Notes: generated by a model not told the origin, from the letters alone. 53,984 bases of DNA from a virus (IMGVR_UViG_3300032335_001026:1-53984); one strand, 5' to 3'. Shown: positions 18,343 to 28,204, numbered from the stretch's first letter. Numbers and translations are program-made.

Positions 18343-19958
18343 CCGATGGTCGTCCCGTCGCCCGGCTGGAGGTGCGCCAGCACCAAGCCCATCTGGTAGT
18401 CGCCGCCGATCGTGTTGCTCTCGAAGCGGAAGCGCAACTGGCGGCGTTGCGTCTTGAAATACACGACCTGCTCCTGCGGCGTGGCCGGCGTCTCGGGGAA
18501 CATCATTGGTTCCGTCTCGACCTCGGGCGACCGCGCGTTGGCGCGGCCGTGGACGGCGACCGTCATGTCGCCGCTCTGCACGAAGTCCGGCTCGAGCATC
18601 AGCACCTGAAGCGCCTTGTTCTCCTGCCCCGTCACCGGCAGCGACATCTCGGCCGTCTCGAAGAAGCTCAGCACGGGCTGGATGTTGATGCCGTCGATGG
18701 CGTCCACGCCCACCTCATGCACCCACAGGCGGTACTGATCGACGCCGCTTTCCTCAGTGACGCGCACGTCGCTGCTCTCCGTGATGCGCGTGTCGTTGGC
18801 CTCGGTGACGCGGATGTCTTCCCCCGCCGCCGTCGGCGCGACGCCGGTCATCAGCGGCTTCGGGAACACGGAAGGCGACACCGCCGCGCTGCGCCCGCCG
18901 TTGGGCAGCTCGCAGTCGTACCACGTATTCTCGCGCACGTTGTAGATGACGGCGTGCGATGGCTCGACGGCCTCGCCGCGCGGGTAGCACCACCAGATCT
19001 CGCCGTAGCGCGTCACCTTCATCGCGAACACCTTCTGGCGCTGCGACTGGTTGAGACCCTCAAAGAAGTAGTTCAGGTTGAGGTCGTTCGGCACCTCGCG
19101 CACGACGCCGTTGAACATCAGGAAGCGATCGGTGCCGATCCAGTAGAAGATGCCGTCATACTCGATGACCGTGTTCGCGCCGAGGATCGACGACTGCGTG
19201 CTGATCGTGTCGAACTGGAAGATGGCGTCGCCGCCGACGAACGAGGCGCGCACCAGCGAGTCTGCCGACCAGAACAGGCCGGACGGCGAGTTGCCCGGCC
19301 CGCCGCGCAGGGCGATGCCGCGCACGATCTTCTGCGAGGCGATGTTGGCCGCAAGGGAGCCGGGGCTGGTGTAGTCCGTAGGGTCGCCCGCCACCGAAAC
19401 CGCCACGTAGCCGTCGTTGCCGAAGATGAACGTGTACGGGTGCAGCACGGCCACGCCGCCAGTGACGCTGTAGCCGGTCGGCAGGTTGGTGATCGGCTGC
19501 AATGGTGCGGTGCCGAACAGGTCACCGAAGAAAAGCTGGCCGCCGTCCGCATTGCAGATGCACCCGAGGTTCGGCGCGACCTGCGCGACAATCTGCAGGC
19601 CGCCGAGGCCCGGCGCGGCGATGGCGTCGAACTGCCACATGTTGTTCGGGTCAGCCGCCAGCGTTACCGGCGTGCGGTTGGTGATGACGGACGTGTTGAA
19701 GCCGTTGTCAATGTAGAAGCGCTCGAGCAGGTTGGCCGAGCCGCTGTGGACGTAGGTCAGGTTGTTCTGCGTGAACTCGTGCAGCGCGCGGCTGACCTCG
19801 CGCAGATACTTGCTGATTGCGCGGTAGCCGCCCATCTTGCGCGGCAGGCCGCGCTGGAAACGCACCCACTGCCCATCGACGTAATAGTCGCCCTCCAGCC
19901 GCGTGCCGTCGCGCTTGATGCCCGGCTGCGACCGTATCTGGACGATCTTCTCCGCCAC
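18339..19958 (-). CDS. Tail nozzle / stabilisation protein (beta-propeller)
   Basis: PGIKRDGT, YGEIWWCYP, VIYNVRENTWY; position. Confidence 0.75.
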   Translation of the reverse strand: MAEKIVQIRSQPGIKRDGTRLEGDYYVDGQWVRFQRGLPRKMGGYRAISKYLREVSRALHEFTQNNLTYVHSGSANLLERFYIDNGFNTSVITNRTPVTLAADPNNMWQFDAIAAPGLGGLQIVAQVAPNLGCICNADGGQLFFGDLFGTAPLQPITNLPTGYSVTGGVAVLHPYTFIFGNDGYVAVSVAGDPTDYTSPGSLAANIASQKIVRGIALRGGPGNSPSGLFWSADSLVRASFVGGDAIFQFDTISTQSSILGANTVIEYDGIFYWIGTDRFLMFNGVVREVPNDLNLNYFFEGLNQSQRQKVFAMKVTRYGEIWWCYPRGEAVEPSHAVIYNVRENTWYDCELPNGGRSAAVSPSVFPKPLMTGVAPTAAGEDIRVTEANDTRITESSDVRVTEESGVDQYRLWVHEVGVDAIDGINIQPVLSFFETAEMSLPVTGQENKALQVLMLEPDFVQSGDMTVAVHGRANARSPEVETEPMMFPETPATPQEQVVYFKTQRRQLRFRFESNTIGGDYQMGLVLAHLQPGDGTTIG

Positions 19959-21167
19959 TTAGAAACTGCCGCCATTGACGGTGCCCGTCGGAGCCACACC
20001 AAGCGTTGTCCACGCGTCGTTGGTCGTGAGCGCCGTAAACAGGCCGATACCCACCGCGCTGCCGCCCAGATTGACCAGCGCGCCGCCCGCAGTCGTCGCG
20101 CCCGTGCCGCCGTCCGAGACGCTGATCGGCACGGCGATGCCGCCCGTGTTGGCGTTCACCACGACGGTCCCGTCGCAGTACAGGATGGCACGGCTGCCGC
20201 GAGCGACAAGGACACCCGGCGACTGCGTACTCGTCCTGACGCGCAGGGTGAATGAACCGCCCGTCGTGCTGTTCGTCACCCAGTATTGCTGGGTCGTCTT
20301 CGGCACGATGACCTCGATGTTGCCGATAATCGCGCCCGTGAACTCGTAGGCGATGCGGTTCAGCTCCGCGCCCGACAGGGTGTAGTTGCCGCTCAGACCG
20401 GCGAGATTGATGGACGTGTAGTCGAAGGCGAACACCGCACTCTGGCCGAGGCCCAGCGTGTACCAACTGGTGCCGTCCGTCACCGCCGTGGCGCTGTCGC
20501 CGGGCGTGAGCGTCAGGGACGCCGCATCGTTGATCGTCTCAGCGCCTTGCGGGTCTACGACAAGGTTGCCCGCGCCGCCGTTGCGGACGGCGATGAACCA
20601 GTCGGTGCCGGCCGAAGACGCGGTGGGCAGCGTCAGCGTGCCGAGGCCGCCCGTCCAGATGAGCATCTTGGCGCGGTCGGGCACGCCGGCAGTGTAGTTG
20701 CTGTTGAAGAGCGTGACGGGCGTGGACTGCGACAGCGTCGAGCCTGTGGCCACCAGACCGAAGCCGGCCAGCGCCGAGGCCTGCGCCTGCGCCGTGGCCG
20801 CGCCGTAGCGGAACGTGCGCCACGTACCAGCGGCGGTGGTGTTGTCGGTCAGGTATATCTGCCACTGCTCGCCCTGCCCGATGGACAGGAGCGTGCCGCC
20901 CACGCTGTTCTTGACGGTGATGGTGGACGGGCCGAGGTTGTTGAACAGGATGGTCTGGCCGCTGCCCGTCTCGTTGGCCGGCGGCAGGCTGATCGCGTAT
21001 GCGCCGGTCGGCGTCACGTCGATGATGCGCGCCGCCGGCCGCAGGAGCGTGTTGCTCTCCAGCGGCCAGTCCAGCGCCGTGTCGGCCGTCAGCGCAAGCG
21101 CCAGATACGACACATCCGAGGGGTAGATGGTCGTGCCACCAAAAATTTGTGTATAGGTGCTCGTCAT
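19959..21167 (-). CDS. Tail/fibre-associated structural protein
   Basis: Thr/Gly beta-rich; VSDGGTGATT fibre motif. Confidence 0.7.
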   Translation of the reverse strand: MTSTYTQIFGGTTIYPSDVSYLALALTADTALDWPLESNTLLRPAARIIDVTPTGAYAISLPPANETGSGQTILFNNLGPSTITVKNSVGGTLLSIGQGEQWQIYLTDNTTAAGTWRTFRYGAATAQAQASALAGFGLVATGSTLSQSTPVTLFNSNYTAGVPDRAKMLIWTGGLGTLTLPTASSAGTDWFIAVRNGGAGNLVVDPQGAETINDAASLTLTPGDSATAVTDGTSWYTLGLGQSAVFAFDYTSINLAGLSGNYTLSGAELNRIAYEFTGAIIGNIEVIVPKTTQQYWVTNSTTGGSFTLRVRTSTQSPGVLVARGSRAILYCDGTVVVNANTGGIAVPISVSDGGTGATTAGGALVNLGGSAVGIGLFTALTTNDAWTTLGVAPTGTVNGGSF

Positions 21168-21820
21168 TATGCCTCTTTCCGAACAGCCGAGCGGTCGAGG
21201 ATCTTGGCGAGATCCTCGCCGTTCAGCATCGCAGCCGCGCGATCATACATGTTCTGCCAGACGGGGATGCGCTCGTCGTTCTTCAGGAACGGCGTGGCCT
21301 CGAGGAGCGCGCCGTAGAGCAGGAGCTGCGGCGCGTATTCGGTCAGCCAGTTGGTCTGCACGGCCTCGTCCAGCAGCGGCGGCAGCTCGTAGTACAGCAC
21401 CTCGAACGGGTATTCGGCGTCCGGCGTCGGCGCGATCAGCCAGTGGCTGTAGTCGTAGTCGCTGTAGAAGAGTGGCTGGGAGGTCGCGGTGCGATCCGGC
21501 CAATAGCTCAGGAGATACTCGTAGACGCGCGCGAAGAGCACCTTGCGCGTGTTGTTGCTTGCGCCGGTACCGATGTTGATGCTCACCGTGTCGCGCCAGC
21601 GATCCGGCTTGTCGTAGACGGCCACGCCGGCCTGCAGCGTGCCGCTCACCACGTTGATGAAGCCTTGGATCTTGAGCTCGCGCGCGATGCGCCGCTCGGC
21701 CAGATTGATCAGGCGCGGGATTTGGTCGAAGACGACGGGGTCAGACGCGTAGGTCGCGCCGCGCTCGAGATAGCGCTGAACGTCCTGCCGGAGCGTCGTG
21801 AAGGTCATCGTCGTGGCCAT
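21167..21820 (-). CDS. Head-tail adaptor protein
   Basis: INLAERRIAREL, APTPD, TNWLTEYAPQLLLYGALLEA. Confidence 0.75.
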   Translation of the reverse strand: MATTMTFTTLRQDVQRYLERGATYASDPVVFDQIPRLINLAERRIARELKIQGFINVVSGTLQAGVAVYDKPDRWRDTVSINIGTGASNNTRKVLFARVYEYLLSYWPDRTATSQPLFYSDYDYSHWLIAPTPDAEYPFEVLYYELPPLLDEAVQTNWLTEYAPQLLLYGALLEATPFLKNDERIPVWQNMYDRAAAMLNGEDLAKILDRSAVRKEA

Positions 21821-21831
21821 TGTGGGAACCC

Positions 21832-21860
21832 CTATAGCACTTTTACGACGGCTTGCCAGC
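21832..21860 (-). promoter_or_regulatory. Putative sigma70-type promoter
   Basis: CTGGCA-17-TATAGG with TGn extension, upstream of 21820. Confidence 0.4.
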
Positions 21861-22082
21861 AGGGCAGTCGGCTTCGCACAGGCAGACCCACGCAGAGTTG
21901 TGGGCCTCGATCTGCGTGACCGTCTTCGGGCTGTCGATCTTGCTGTTATAGCGGATCGGCTTGGCCACCGCGCAGTAGCTGTTAGCCGGCGGCGGCGTCG
22001 AAACGTGCGCGCAGGCGCTGATCACGGACAGGGTCGGGAGCAGCAGCAGCCGCGCCCAGTTCGATCTGGCGGTCGATCTCAT
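21843..22082 (-). CDS. o-spanin (Rz1-like lipoprotein)
   Basis: Signal peptide with ISAC lipobox; overlaps the i-spanin 3' end. Confidence 0.75.
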   Translation of the reverse strand: MRSTARSNWARLLLLPTLSVISACAHVSTPPPANSYCAVAKPIRYNSKIDSPKTVTQIEAHNSAWVCLCEADCPAGKPS

Positions 22083-22194
22083 CGTTCATTTCCTTGACCG
22101 CTTCCTGCCGCCCCTGCTGGCGTAGCTTGGCGTTCCCCCGTTCGGTGAACAGGCGGTCAAGCAGCGACAGCAGGAGCGTCAGGAATTTGATCAC
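21982..22194 (-). CDS. i-spanin (Rz-like)
   Basis: GTG overlapping the holin stop; N-terminal hydrophobic helix followed by coiled coil. Confidence 0.65.
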   Translation of the reverse strand: MIKFLTLLLSLLDRLFTERGNAKLRQQGRQEAVKEMNDEIDRQIELGAAAAAPDPVRDQRLRARFDAAAG

Positions 22195-22361
22195 GCCGTC
22201 GGCTTCTTGGCAGTCACCGACCACACAGCCACGGCGAGGGTGGCAATAGCGCCGGACAAGCCCTCGACCATCGAGGCGTCCAGATAGCCCTTGCCGGCCA
22301 GAAAGCCGAAGCCGGCAGCGGCCACGGTGCGGATGATCCCGAAGATTTGTTCCTTGTTCAT
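22191..22361 (-). CDS. Holin
   Basis: 56 aa, two hydrophobic helices, basic tail; follows the endolysin. Confidence 0.75.
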   Translation of the reverse strand: MNKEQIFGIIRTVAAAGFGFLAGKGYLDASMVEGLSGAIATLAVAVWSVTAKKPTA

Positions 22362-22374
22362 GTCACTCTCTCCT

Positions 22375-22806
22375 TCATGGGTAGCTGGCCCGTGGTAATT
22401 CAAAGTGCGGGCCGTCAGGAAATGACCGGCTAAGAATTTTTGCCGTCACCGGCCCTTGTATGGCCGATAGTAATTTCCACGTGCCGCCCCATCGTATCGG
22501 CACATTTTCGTGGAGGGATGCCTCCCGCATTACGTCGGCCAGCCGATGGTAAAGCGGCCAGTCCCACGACACGCTGCCGCCGATCATAGGTGCCAGATCG
22601 ACAGCGTGGCCGGTCAGGTGACGGGAGTTGAGCGTGCGCGTTGCGCCTTGAGCCAGCAACTGCTTTTGCCTGTCCATCATGCGCCGACCCTCCAGCACCA
22701 TGAAGTCCAGACTGGACATGTCGGCGGCGCGGTGGACGACGCGCACCAGATCGGGATGCACGTCCTCCAGACGTAAGATAGATCGTTGGCTGAGGGTGAT
22801 GCTCAT
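22375..22806 (-). CDS. Endolysin, M15 L-Ala-D-Glu peptidase type
   Basis: VHPDL, EGRR...Q, SRHLTGHAVD, WGGTW, DGPHFEL. Confidence 0.9.
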   Translation of the reverse strand: MSITLSQRSILRLEDVHPDLVRVVHRAADMSSLDFMVLEGRRMMDRQKQLLAQGATRTLNSRHLTGHAVDLAPMIGGSVSWDWPLYHRLADVMREASLHENVPIRWGGTWKLLSAIQGPVTAKILSRSFPDGPHFELPRASYP

Positions 22807-22861
22807 TGCGTGACGCCCATGGGTTTTCCGTACCTGAAGACATAATACCACAGAAGGTCGA

Positions 22862-23908
22862 TCATAGCCCAGCCTTTCGACGCTTGTACGTCAAAAAGTC
22901 CGCGCCTTCCTGCACGTCCTCGAACACGCTGATCGCCGGGGCTGCGCCGTCGTGCGGCGTGATGACCGTGACCACTGACTGCCCGCTGCGCTGTTCTGGA
23001 AACTGGCCCTTGAGCGCGTAGTCGTCGCTTTCCTTGTAGCCCTTGGCGCGCACCAGCGTGTAGCGCCGACCGCCGGCAAACTCGCCTTGGCCGGTGCCGA
23101 ACGTGTGCCGGTGGAACGCGGCGTAGATGTCGGCGTGTTCTTCGATCATCGCTGCCCGCTTCAGGCCGTGCAGTTCATTGTACATCGAGTGGCCCCTGAA
23201 GTCGTGCCGCGCCCAGACGCGGGCGATACCGCCGCACGGCGAGGCCAGTTGCAGCTTGGCGTCCCAATCGCGCATCAAGATGCGTTCGGTGTTCATACCT
23301 TCGAAGATGCGTTTGCCGTGGTTCCATGTGTCGTGGTTGCCCAAGATCCACAGCAGCCAATTGACGCCCAAATCCTTGAGCGCCCACTCGACCAGTTCCC
23401 AGCCTTCTGACACCGTGGCGGATTGTTCGCCGTACAGGCGCTCGAGTTTGCCCACCCAGTTGTTGATCGAGTCGCCGCCGTTGGCACCGTACATCCCTTC
23501 GGTTTCGGCGCAGATCGTGGCGTCACGCTCGAAGCCGACCAGATCGCAGAACGGATCGTCCAAGTGCGGGTCACCGAACCAGCAGATGGCGTATGGGCCT
23601 TTGATCGGTATCCGCACGGTCTGCCAAGATTGCGCGCGCGCGTGGGCGATACGCAGCGCGTTGCGCCGCTTCATCGTGAGAAGGCGTTCCTTGAACGGCA
23701 GATCAAACGGGGGCAGGTCTTCGGCTTTGGGCGCGTCGGCGCGCTCGGCTTCCGCCTCACGCTTCTTATGCCGCCGCAGGGTGTCTTGAACCGTGCTGCG
23801 CGCTAGGCCCGATGCCAACGCCGCTTGGTTGATGCTGCCAAGGTCGGCAACCAACTTGGCAATCTTTGCGTCGTGCACCGGGTCGATGTCGTACTGGTTG
23901 ACTGCCAT
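22862..23908 (-). CDS. Calcineurin-like metallophosphoesterase with N-terminal HTH
   Basis: GDPH, GGD, GNHD, H, FHRH motifs; AALASGLARSTVQD HTH. Confidence 0.85.
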   Translation of the reverse strand: MAVNQYDIDPVHDAKIAKLVADLGSINQAALASGLARSTVQDTLRRHKKREAEAERADAPKAEDLPPFDLPFKERLLTMKRRNALRIAHARAQSWQTVRIPIKGPYAICWFGDPHLDDPFCDLVGFERDATICAETEGMYGANGGDSINNWVGKLERLYGEQSATVSEGWELVEWALKDLGVNWLLWILGNHDTWNHGKRIFEGMNTERILMRDWDAKLQLASPCGGIARVWARHDFRGHSMYNELHGLKRAAMIEEHADIYAAFHRHTFGTGQGEFAGGRRYTLVRAKGYKESDDYALKGQFPEQRSGQSVVTVITPHDGAAPAISVFEDVQEGADFLTYKRRKAGL

Positions 23909-23945
23909 AAGACACCCTATAAAGCAGTCTTTCAGACTGCGGTGG

Positions 23946-24113
23946 TTAACTGATCTTCGTCACGATGGTGACCAGCAGCATGATGATCGTGCCGGCCACG
24001 CCTATGCCAATATTCTCCAAGCGCTTCAGCCGCGCGCTGATCCCTTCGTAGCGCAGCGCGCACACTTCCTCGTGGGTGTTCAGCCGTGCTTCGGTTTGGT
24101 CGATGGTCGTCAC
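23946..24113 (-). CDS. Small membrane protein (XhlA/holin-like), not in the ORF track
   Basis: MTTIDQTEARLNTHEEVCALRYEGISARLKRLE followed by a C-terminal TM helix; 55 aa. Confidence 0.75.
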   Translation of the reverse strand: MTTIDQTEARLNTHEEVCALRYEGISARLKRLENIGIGVAGTIIMLLVTIVTKIS

Positions 24114-24122
24114 GTCAGCGCC

Positions 24123-24485
24123 TCACTTCAGGTTTTCGAGTTTGTAGATGGTGGAGAGGTAGACGCCCGTGACGGTGTCGATCAGGTTGGCAATCGCGCG
24201 ATTGCCGCCGCAGATTTCTTCGTGGTGCTCCTCAATCCACGCGGCGTCAGCCTTCAGGATCTTGAGGCTGTCGCCTGCGGTGTCGGCCGGCGCGGGGATG
24301 TTGCCGATCAGGCCATACTGGCCCTGATGCGCCTCGACCAGCGCGTCGATCGCCTCGATAATCTCGTCGTAGAAAGTGCCCAGCGCCATGTGCTTCGCAA
24401 AGCTGCCGACGCCGGTTGCGCGCCAGTGGTCGAAGTGGGCGAGGTTGCGAGCGTAGAACACCCGGCTGATGAGTTGCTCAATCAT
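24123..24485 (-). CDS. DUF5856 ferritin/Dps-like protein
   Basis: AHFDHW...SFAKHMALG.FY....D.LVE.HQG; STIYKL. Confidence 0.75.
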   Translation of the reverse strand: MIEQLISRVFYARNLAHFDHWRATGVGSFAKHMALGTFYDEIIEAIDALVEAHQGQYGLIGNIPAPADTAGDSLKILKADAAWIEEHHEEICGGNRAIANLIDTVTGVYLSTIYKLENLK

Positions 24486-24496
24486 CGCGTGGTTCC

Positions 24497-25114
24497 TTAT
24501 GTGTAAGCGAACGAAACTTGGCCGCGTGCGCCCGTGCCGGATGTAACACCCCCAGCATCAAAGCCGCTACCACCACCGCCACCGCCGGGAGCCGTGCCGT
24601 CAATTGTGCCGAGGTAGCTACCACCTGCGGCCCCGCTTGCGCCTGCACCCCCCGGCCCATCAAACGATCCATCGCCGCCTGCGGTGCCTGAAGTGTTAGT
24701 ATCGCCACCAGTAGCGCTACCGCCACCGCCGCCAGTGAATGAATCGCCACCGCCTCCACCGTTGGCAGTCATACTTACCGAACCGCCAGAAACAGTGCCC
24801 GATACGCTTGAGGCGTTGCCCCCCGTCCCGCTACCGCCGGTATTGCGCCCGTTGACAGCGTCGCCGACCGTGTAAGTCATGGAGTTACCGCCGATCACCG
24901 CGATAGTCTTGATCGAACGGCCACCGCCACCACCGCCCCCACCTATGGTGCTGCCGCTATAGCCCCCGGCACCGCCGCCGCCGTCCAGCGTGATAACAAC
25001 CTGCGTAGCGCCCGTAGGCACTGTTTCAGTAGCGGCAGTGCCAGACGTGTATGTGTTGGTGACGGGGGTGAAGCCCCCGACCGATCCCAGCAGCGCCATT
25101 TGGATGCCGCTCAT
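24497..25114 (-). CDS. Glycine-rich tail fibre tip / adhesin
   Basis: GGGGxGG repeats; TGATG-coupled to the fibre gene. Confidence 0.75.
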   Translation of the reverse strand: MSGIQMALLGSVGGFTPVTNTYTSGTAATETVPTGATQVVITLDGGGGAGGYSGSTIGGGGGGGGRSIKTIAVIGGNSMTYTVGDAVNGRNTGGSGTGGNASSVSGTVSGGSVSMTANGGGGGDSFTGGGGGSATGGDTNTSGTAGGDGSFDGPGGAGASGAAGGSYLGTIDGTAPGGGGGGSGFDAGGVTSGTGARGQVSFAYT

Positions 25115-26808
25115 CAGGTCACTCCCGCGCCGGAGATGATCGCCTCGGTTGCACTGTTGAACCAGACGGTAGCCAAGCCGCGCGCGGCCAGCGTGCGGTT
25201 GCCCGTGGTGGCTGTCCCCGCGAGGCGCAGGGTAAGGCTGGCACCCTGCGTGATCGTGATAGCAGACGCGCTGTTGTTGTAGATGGAGACGGCGTCGCCG
25301 GCAGCGAAGGTGCTGTTCGGGATCGTGATGCCCGCAGTGACCGCGATGCACTTGCCGACATCCGCCACCACTGCGGTGCCGCTCGTGGTTGAGCGGGGGA
25401 TGCTGCGGTACCCGATGGTGACGCCGTCAATGGTCGCCGTCGTGGCCACCGAGGTGACGCTGCCGCTCAGGGTGATGTTGCCGGTGGTGGTAACCGTACC
25501 GGAAAGAGACAGGCCGTTGGTTGAGCCGGTGCCGCTGACCGAGGTGACAGTGCCTGTGGTCGAGCTGGTGCCCGCGCCGATGGCGGTGCGGAAAGTCGCC
25601 GCGTCGAGGGTGCTGATCGTGTCGTCCGCGTTGATGCGGACGAAGGTCACCGAGCTGGGGTTGGTCAGCGTGAAGAAGTTAGCCCCCACCGTCGTGGCAC
25701 CCAGACCCGTCCGCGCCGCGCTCGCCGTCGTCGCGCCCGTGCCGCCGTTGGCAACGGCCAATGTGCCGGTGAGGGTCAGCGTACCGCTTGTGGTGATCGG
25801 CGAGCCGGTGAAGCTCAAGCCCGTCGTGCCGCCCGATGCCGCCACGCTGGTGACGGTGCCGCCGGACGCCGTGGACGACAGCGTGCCGGCCGACAGCGAG
25901 AGGCCGGAGCCGATCGTGATCTCCTCGATGGCCCCGGCGCTCGCCGTGGTGCGGCCCAACATGCGGGCCGTGTTCATCGTCAGGCCGCTCGAGCCTACAG
26001 CCCCCGACGCGGCCGCGCCTATGCCGGAGCGCGCCGCGCTCGCCGTCGTGCCGCCCGTGCCGCCGTTGGTAACGGCGAGCGTGCCGGCGAGGGTCAGCGT
26101 CCCGCTCGTCGTGACCGGGCCGCCGCTGAACGTCAGGCCGGTCGTGCCGCCCGAGGCGTTCACCGAAGTGACGGTGCCGCCGCCGCCCGCCGTTGCGGCG
26201 ATGGTGATGGCACCCGAGCCGTTCGTGATGGTGATGCCGGAGCCGGCGGTGAGCGTGGCCTTGGTCAGCGTGTTGCCGGTGGTGTTGCCGATCAGCAGTT
26301 GGCCGTCGGTGTAGGTCGTCTGTCCGGTGCCGCCGCTGGCCACCGGCAGCGTGCCGCTGACATGCGTCGTCAGGCCGATCTTGCCGTATGCCGGGGCAAC
26401 GCCCACGCCGCCCGAGATCAGCGCATTGCCCGTGGCCACGTCGGCCAGCTTGGACAGGGCGGTGCTCGTTGAGGCAAACAGGATGTCGCCGATGGTGTAC
26501 GAAGACTGACCCGTCCCGCCGTTGGTGGCGGCCAGCGTGCCGCTCAGGGTCAGCGTGCCGCTGCTGGTGATCGGCGAGCCGGTGAACGTCAGGCCGGTCG
26601 TGCCGCCCGAGGCCGCCACGCTGGTGACGGTGCCGGTCGCGGTAGAGTCCGTCAGCACCTTGACGACGCCAGCGGCGTTCTTGAAGTACAACTTCTCGTC
26701 GGTGAGGTTGATCGCCAGCTCACCGGCCGCGAGGTTGCCCGCCAAGGGCACCGCAGCGGCCGTGGTCGATCTGTACAACTGGATGGGCGTGAAGCCACTT
26801 TGCGACAT
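25114..26808 (-). CDS. Tail fibre protein
   Basis: GELAINLTDEKLYFK; 3-4 copies of GTVTSV..SGGTTGL.F.G.P.T.SGTLTL.GTLA..NGGTG. Confidence 0.85.
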   Translation of the reverse strand: MSQSGFTPIQLYRSTTAAAVPLAGNLAAGELAINLTDEKLYFKNAAGVVKVLTDSTATGTVTSVAASGGTTGLTFTGSPITSSGTLTLSGTLAATNGGTGQSSYTIGDILFASTSTALSKLADVATGNALISGGVGVAPAYGKIGLTTHVSGTLPVASGGTGQTTYTDGQLLIGNTTGNTLTKATLTAGSGITITNGSGAITIAATAGGGGTVTSVNASGGTTGLTFSGGPVTTSGTLTLAGTLAVTNGGTGGTTASAARSGIGAAASGAVGSSGLTMNTARMLGRTTASAGAIEEITIGSGLSLSAGTLSSTASGGTVTSVAASGGTTGLSFTGSPITTSGTLTLTGTLAVANGGTGATTASAARTGLGATTVGANFFTLTNPSSVTFVRINADDTISTLDAATFRTAIGAGTSSTTGTVTSVSGTGSTNGLSLSGTVTTTGNITLSGSVTSVATTATIDGVTIGYRSIPRSTTSGTAVVADVGKCIAVTAGITIPNSTFAAGDAVSIYNNSASAITITQGASLTLRLAGTATTGNRTLAARGLATVWFNSATEAIISGAGVT

Positions 26809-26827
26809 CAGGGTGTTCCTTCATGTG

Positions 26828-26906
26828 CTCGAGATATGGCACCGATGGCGGTGCGAACGCCATCGGTGCCTCCACGAGACGTGGGGAGCACGCCAGAGGT
26901 CTCGAG
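26828..26906 (-). other. Intergenic stem-loop structure upstream of the fibre gene
   Basis: 13-bp stem 26838-26850/26858-26870 enclosed by ctcgaga/tctcgag. Confidence 0.55.
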
Positions 26907-26911
26907 GATCT

Positions 26912-27151
26912 TCATACCGCGCCCTGTGGGTCGAGGGGTGTGTCGGGGCGCGCGAAGCGCAGGGCGATCTTCTCAGGCTGGCGCGCCGGCAGGCGATACG
27001 GATCGTAGTTGTCGCGGTCTGCGTCGCAGCACAACAAACCGGGGTAATTCGGATCTGGCAGAAGTTCGGTCATGCTGAATTTGCGCGAACAACGCCCGCA
27101 AATTCCAATCGAAAGGGTGCTCTTGCCACGGGTGTCGAGGAAGATTGGCAT
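26912..27151 (-). CDS. Small Cys-motif virion-module protein
   Basis: CGRC...CC..D.D.YDP...RPD. Confidence 0.75.
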   Translation of the reverse strand: MPIFLDTRGKSTLSIGICGRCSRKFSMTELLPDPNYPGLLCCDADRDNYDPYRLPARQPEKIALRFARPDTPLDPQGAV

Positions 27152-27155
27152 GCGC

Positions 27156-28142
27156 CTACCTCGTGTACATGGCGATGTTGGGCGCGAGCATCATCGGGCT
27201 GTTGTCGCGCTCCTCGGCCTGCGCCGTGTAGAGTGCGACATTGGCCTTCTGGTCGAGCAGCGGGATCAGCGACACGTCCACTTCGGCAATCTCGAGCGCC
27301 AGCTTCGACGCCAGCATGGCCACGATCGCCTCATACCAGCGCTGCGGCACCTCGAGTTCTTGCGTCATCGTCCCCACGTCCATGATGTAGCGCTGCACCC
27401 ACAGGACGATTTGCGACGTAGTCGCGCCACTGTTTGGCACTGGCCAGAGCCGCATCACGGGATTTGGGATCAAGCGGTCGTACCAGAACTGAAGCGGCCG
27501 GTTTGATTGGAAGCTCTTGTTCGGCAGGTTCGTGTAGTCGTCCCGGTTCAGCCGCGCCAGCGGGATCTCGGTCGGCGTGTTGCCGGTGTAGATGTCGAGG
27601 AAGTCTAGGGTGCCGCTGGTGGCCCGCACGCGGAAGTACAGAGTGGCCACGCTGCTTTCGAGATCGTACCAAGTCCACTCCCCTGCGGTGGCTACGGGTG
27701 TTTCGGTCTGGATCGTCGTCCACGTTACGCCGTCGTCGGAGCGCTCAAAGGCGACCGGCACAGACGCCGCCGACCAGCGGATGCCGACCGTCGTGACGAA
27801 GGTGGTGCCGGTGAAGGTGATCGTGCGGGTGGTGGACGTGGTGGCATTGGTGCCGGTCACCGTCTGCAACTGGCGCAGGTTGCTGTTGAGGATGTCCACG
27901 ACCTTGGTGTCGAGGGTGATGTAGCCCTCGCCGTCATAGAGCGGCAGGATTTGCTTCTCGATGCACCACAGCGGCGCGCCCATGTTGGCGAGATCCGACA
28001 GTAGCAGATATAGCAGATTGTTGGCCGTGGCGACATACTCAGCCGTGATCGTCTCCGTGCGCACACGGCAGCGCCGGAAGGCACTCTCCATGAGCTTCCG
28101 AGTGTCAAACACGGTCTGTGATATGGTGTTGCTGTACGCCAT
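27156..28142 (-). CDS. Head-tail connector / tail tubular A-like protein with inserted beta domain
   Basis: RDDYTNLPNK...RP.QFW.DR...LWPVP, VPQRWYEA. Confidence 0.75.
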   Translation of the reverse strand: MAYSNTISQTVFDTRKLMESAFRRCRVRTETITAEYVATANNLLYLLLSDLANMGAPLWCIEKQILPLYDGEGYITLDTKVVDILNSNLRQLQTVTGTNATTSTTRTITFTGTTFVTTVGIRWSAASVPVAFERSDDGVTWTTIQTETPVATAGEWTWYDLESSVATLYFRVRATSGTLDFLDIYTGNTPTEIPLARLNRDDYTNLPNKSFQSNRPLQFWYDRLIPNPVMRLWPVPNSGATTSQIVLWVQRYIMDVGTMTQELEVPQRWYEAIVAMLASKLALEIAEVDVSLIPLLDQKANVALYTAQAEERDNSPMMLAPNIAMYTR

Positions 28143-28204
28143 CAAGCCTGCTCGCTGGTCGGGATCAGCAGCCTGCTATCAAGAGCAGACATCTCTGGCG
28201 GGGT

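Noticed and set aside
25450-26640. Fibre internal repeats as an invertible or shufflon system
   Set aside because: Direct, in-frame structural repeats; no recombinase
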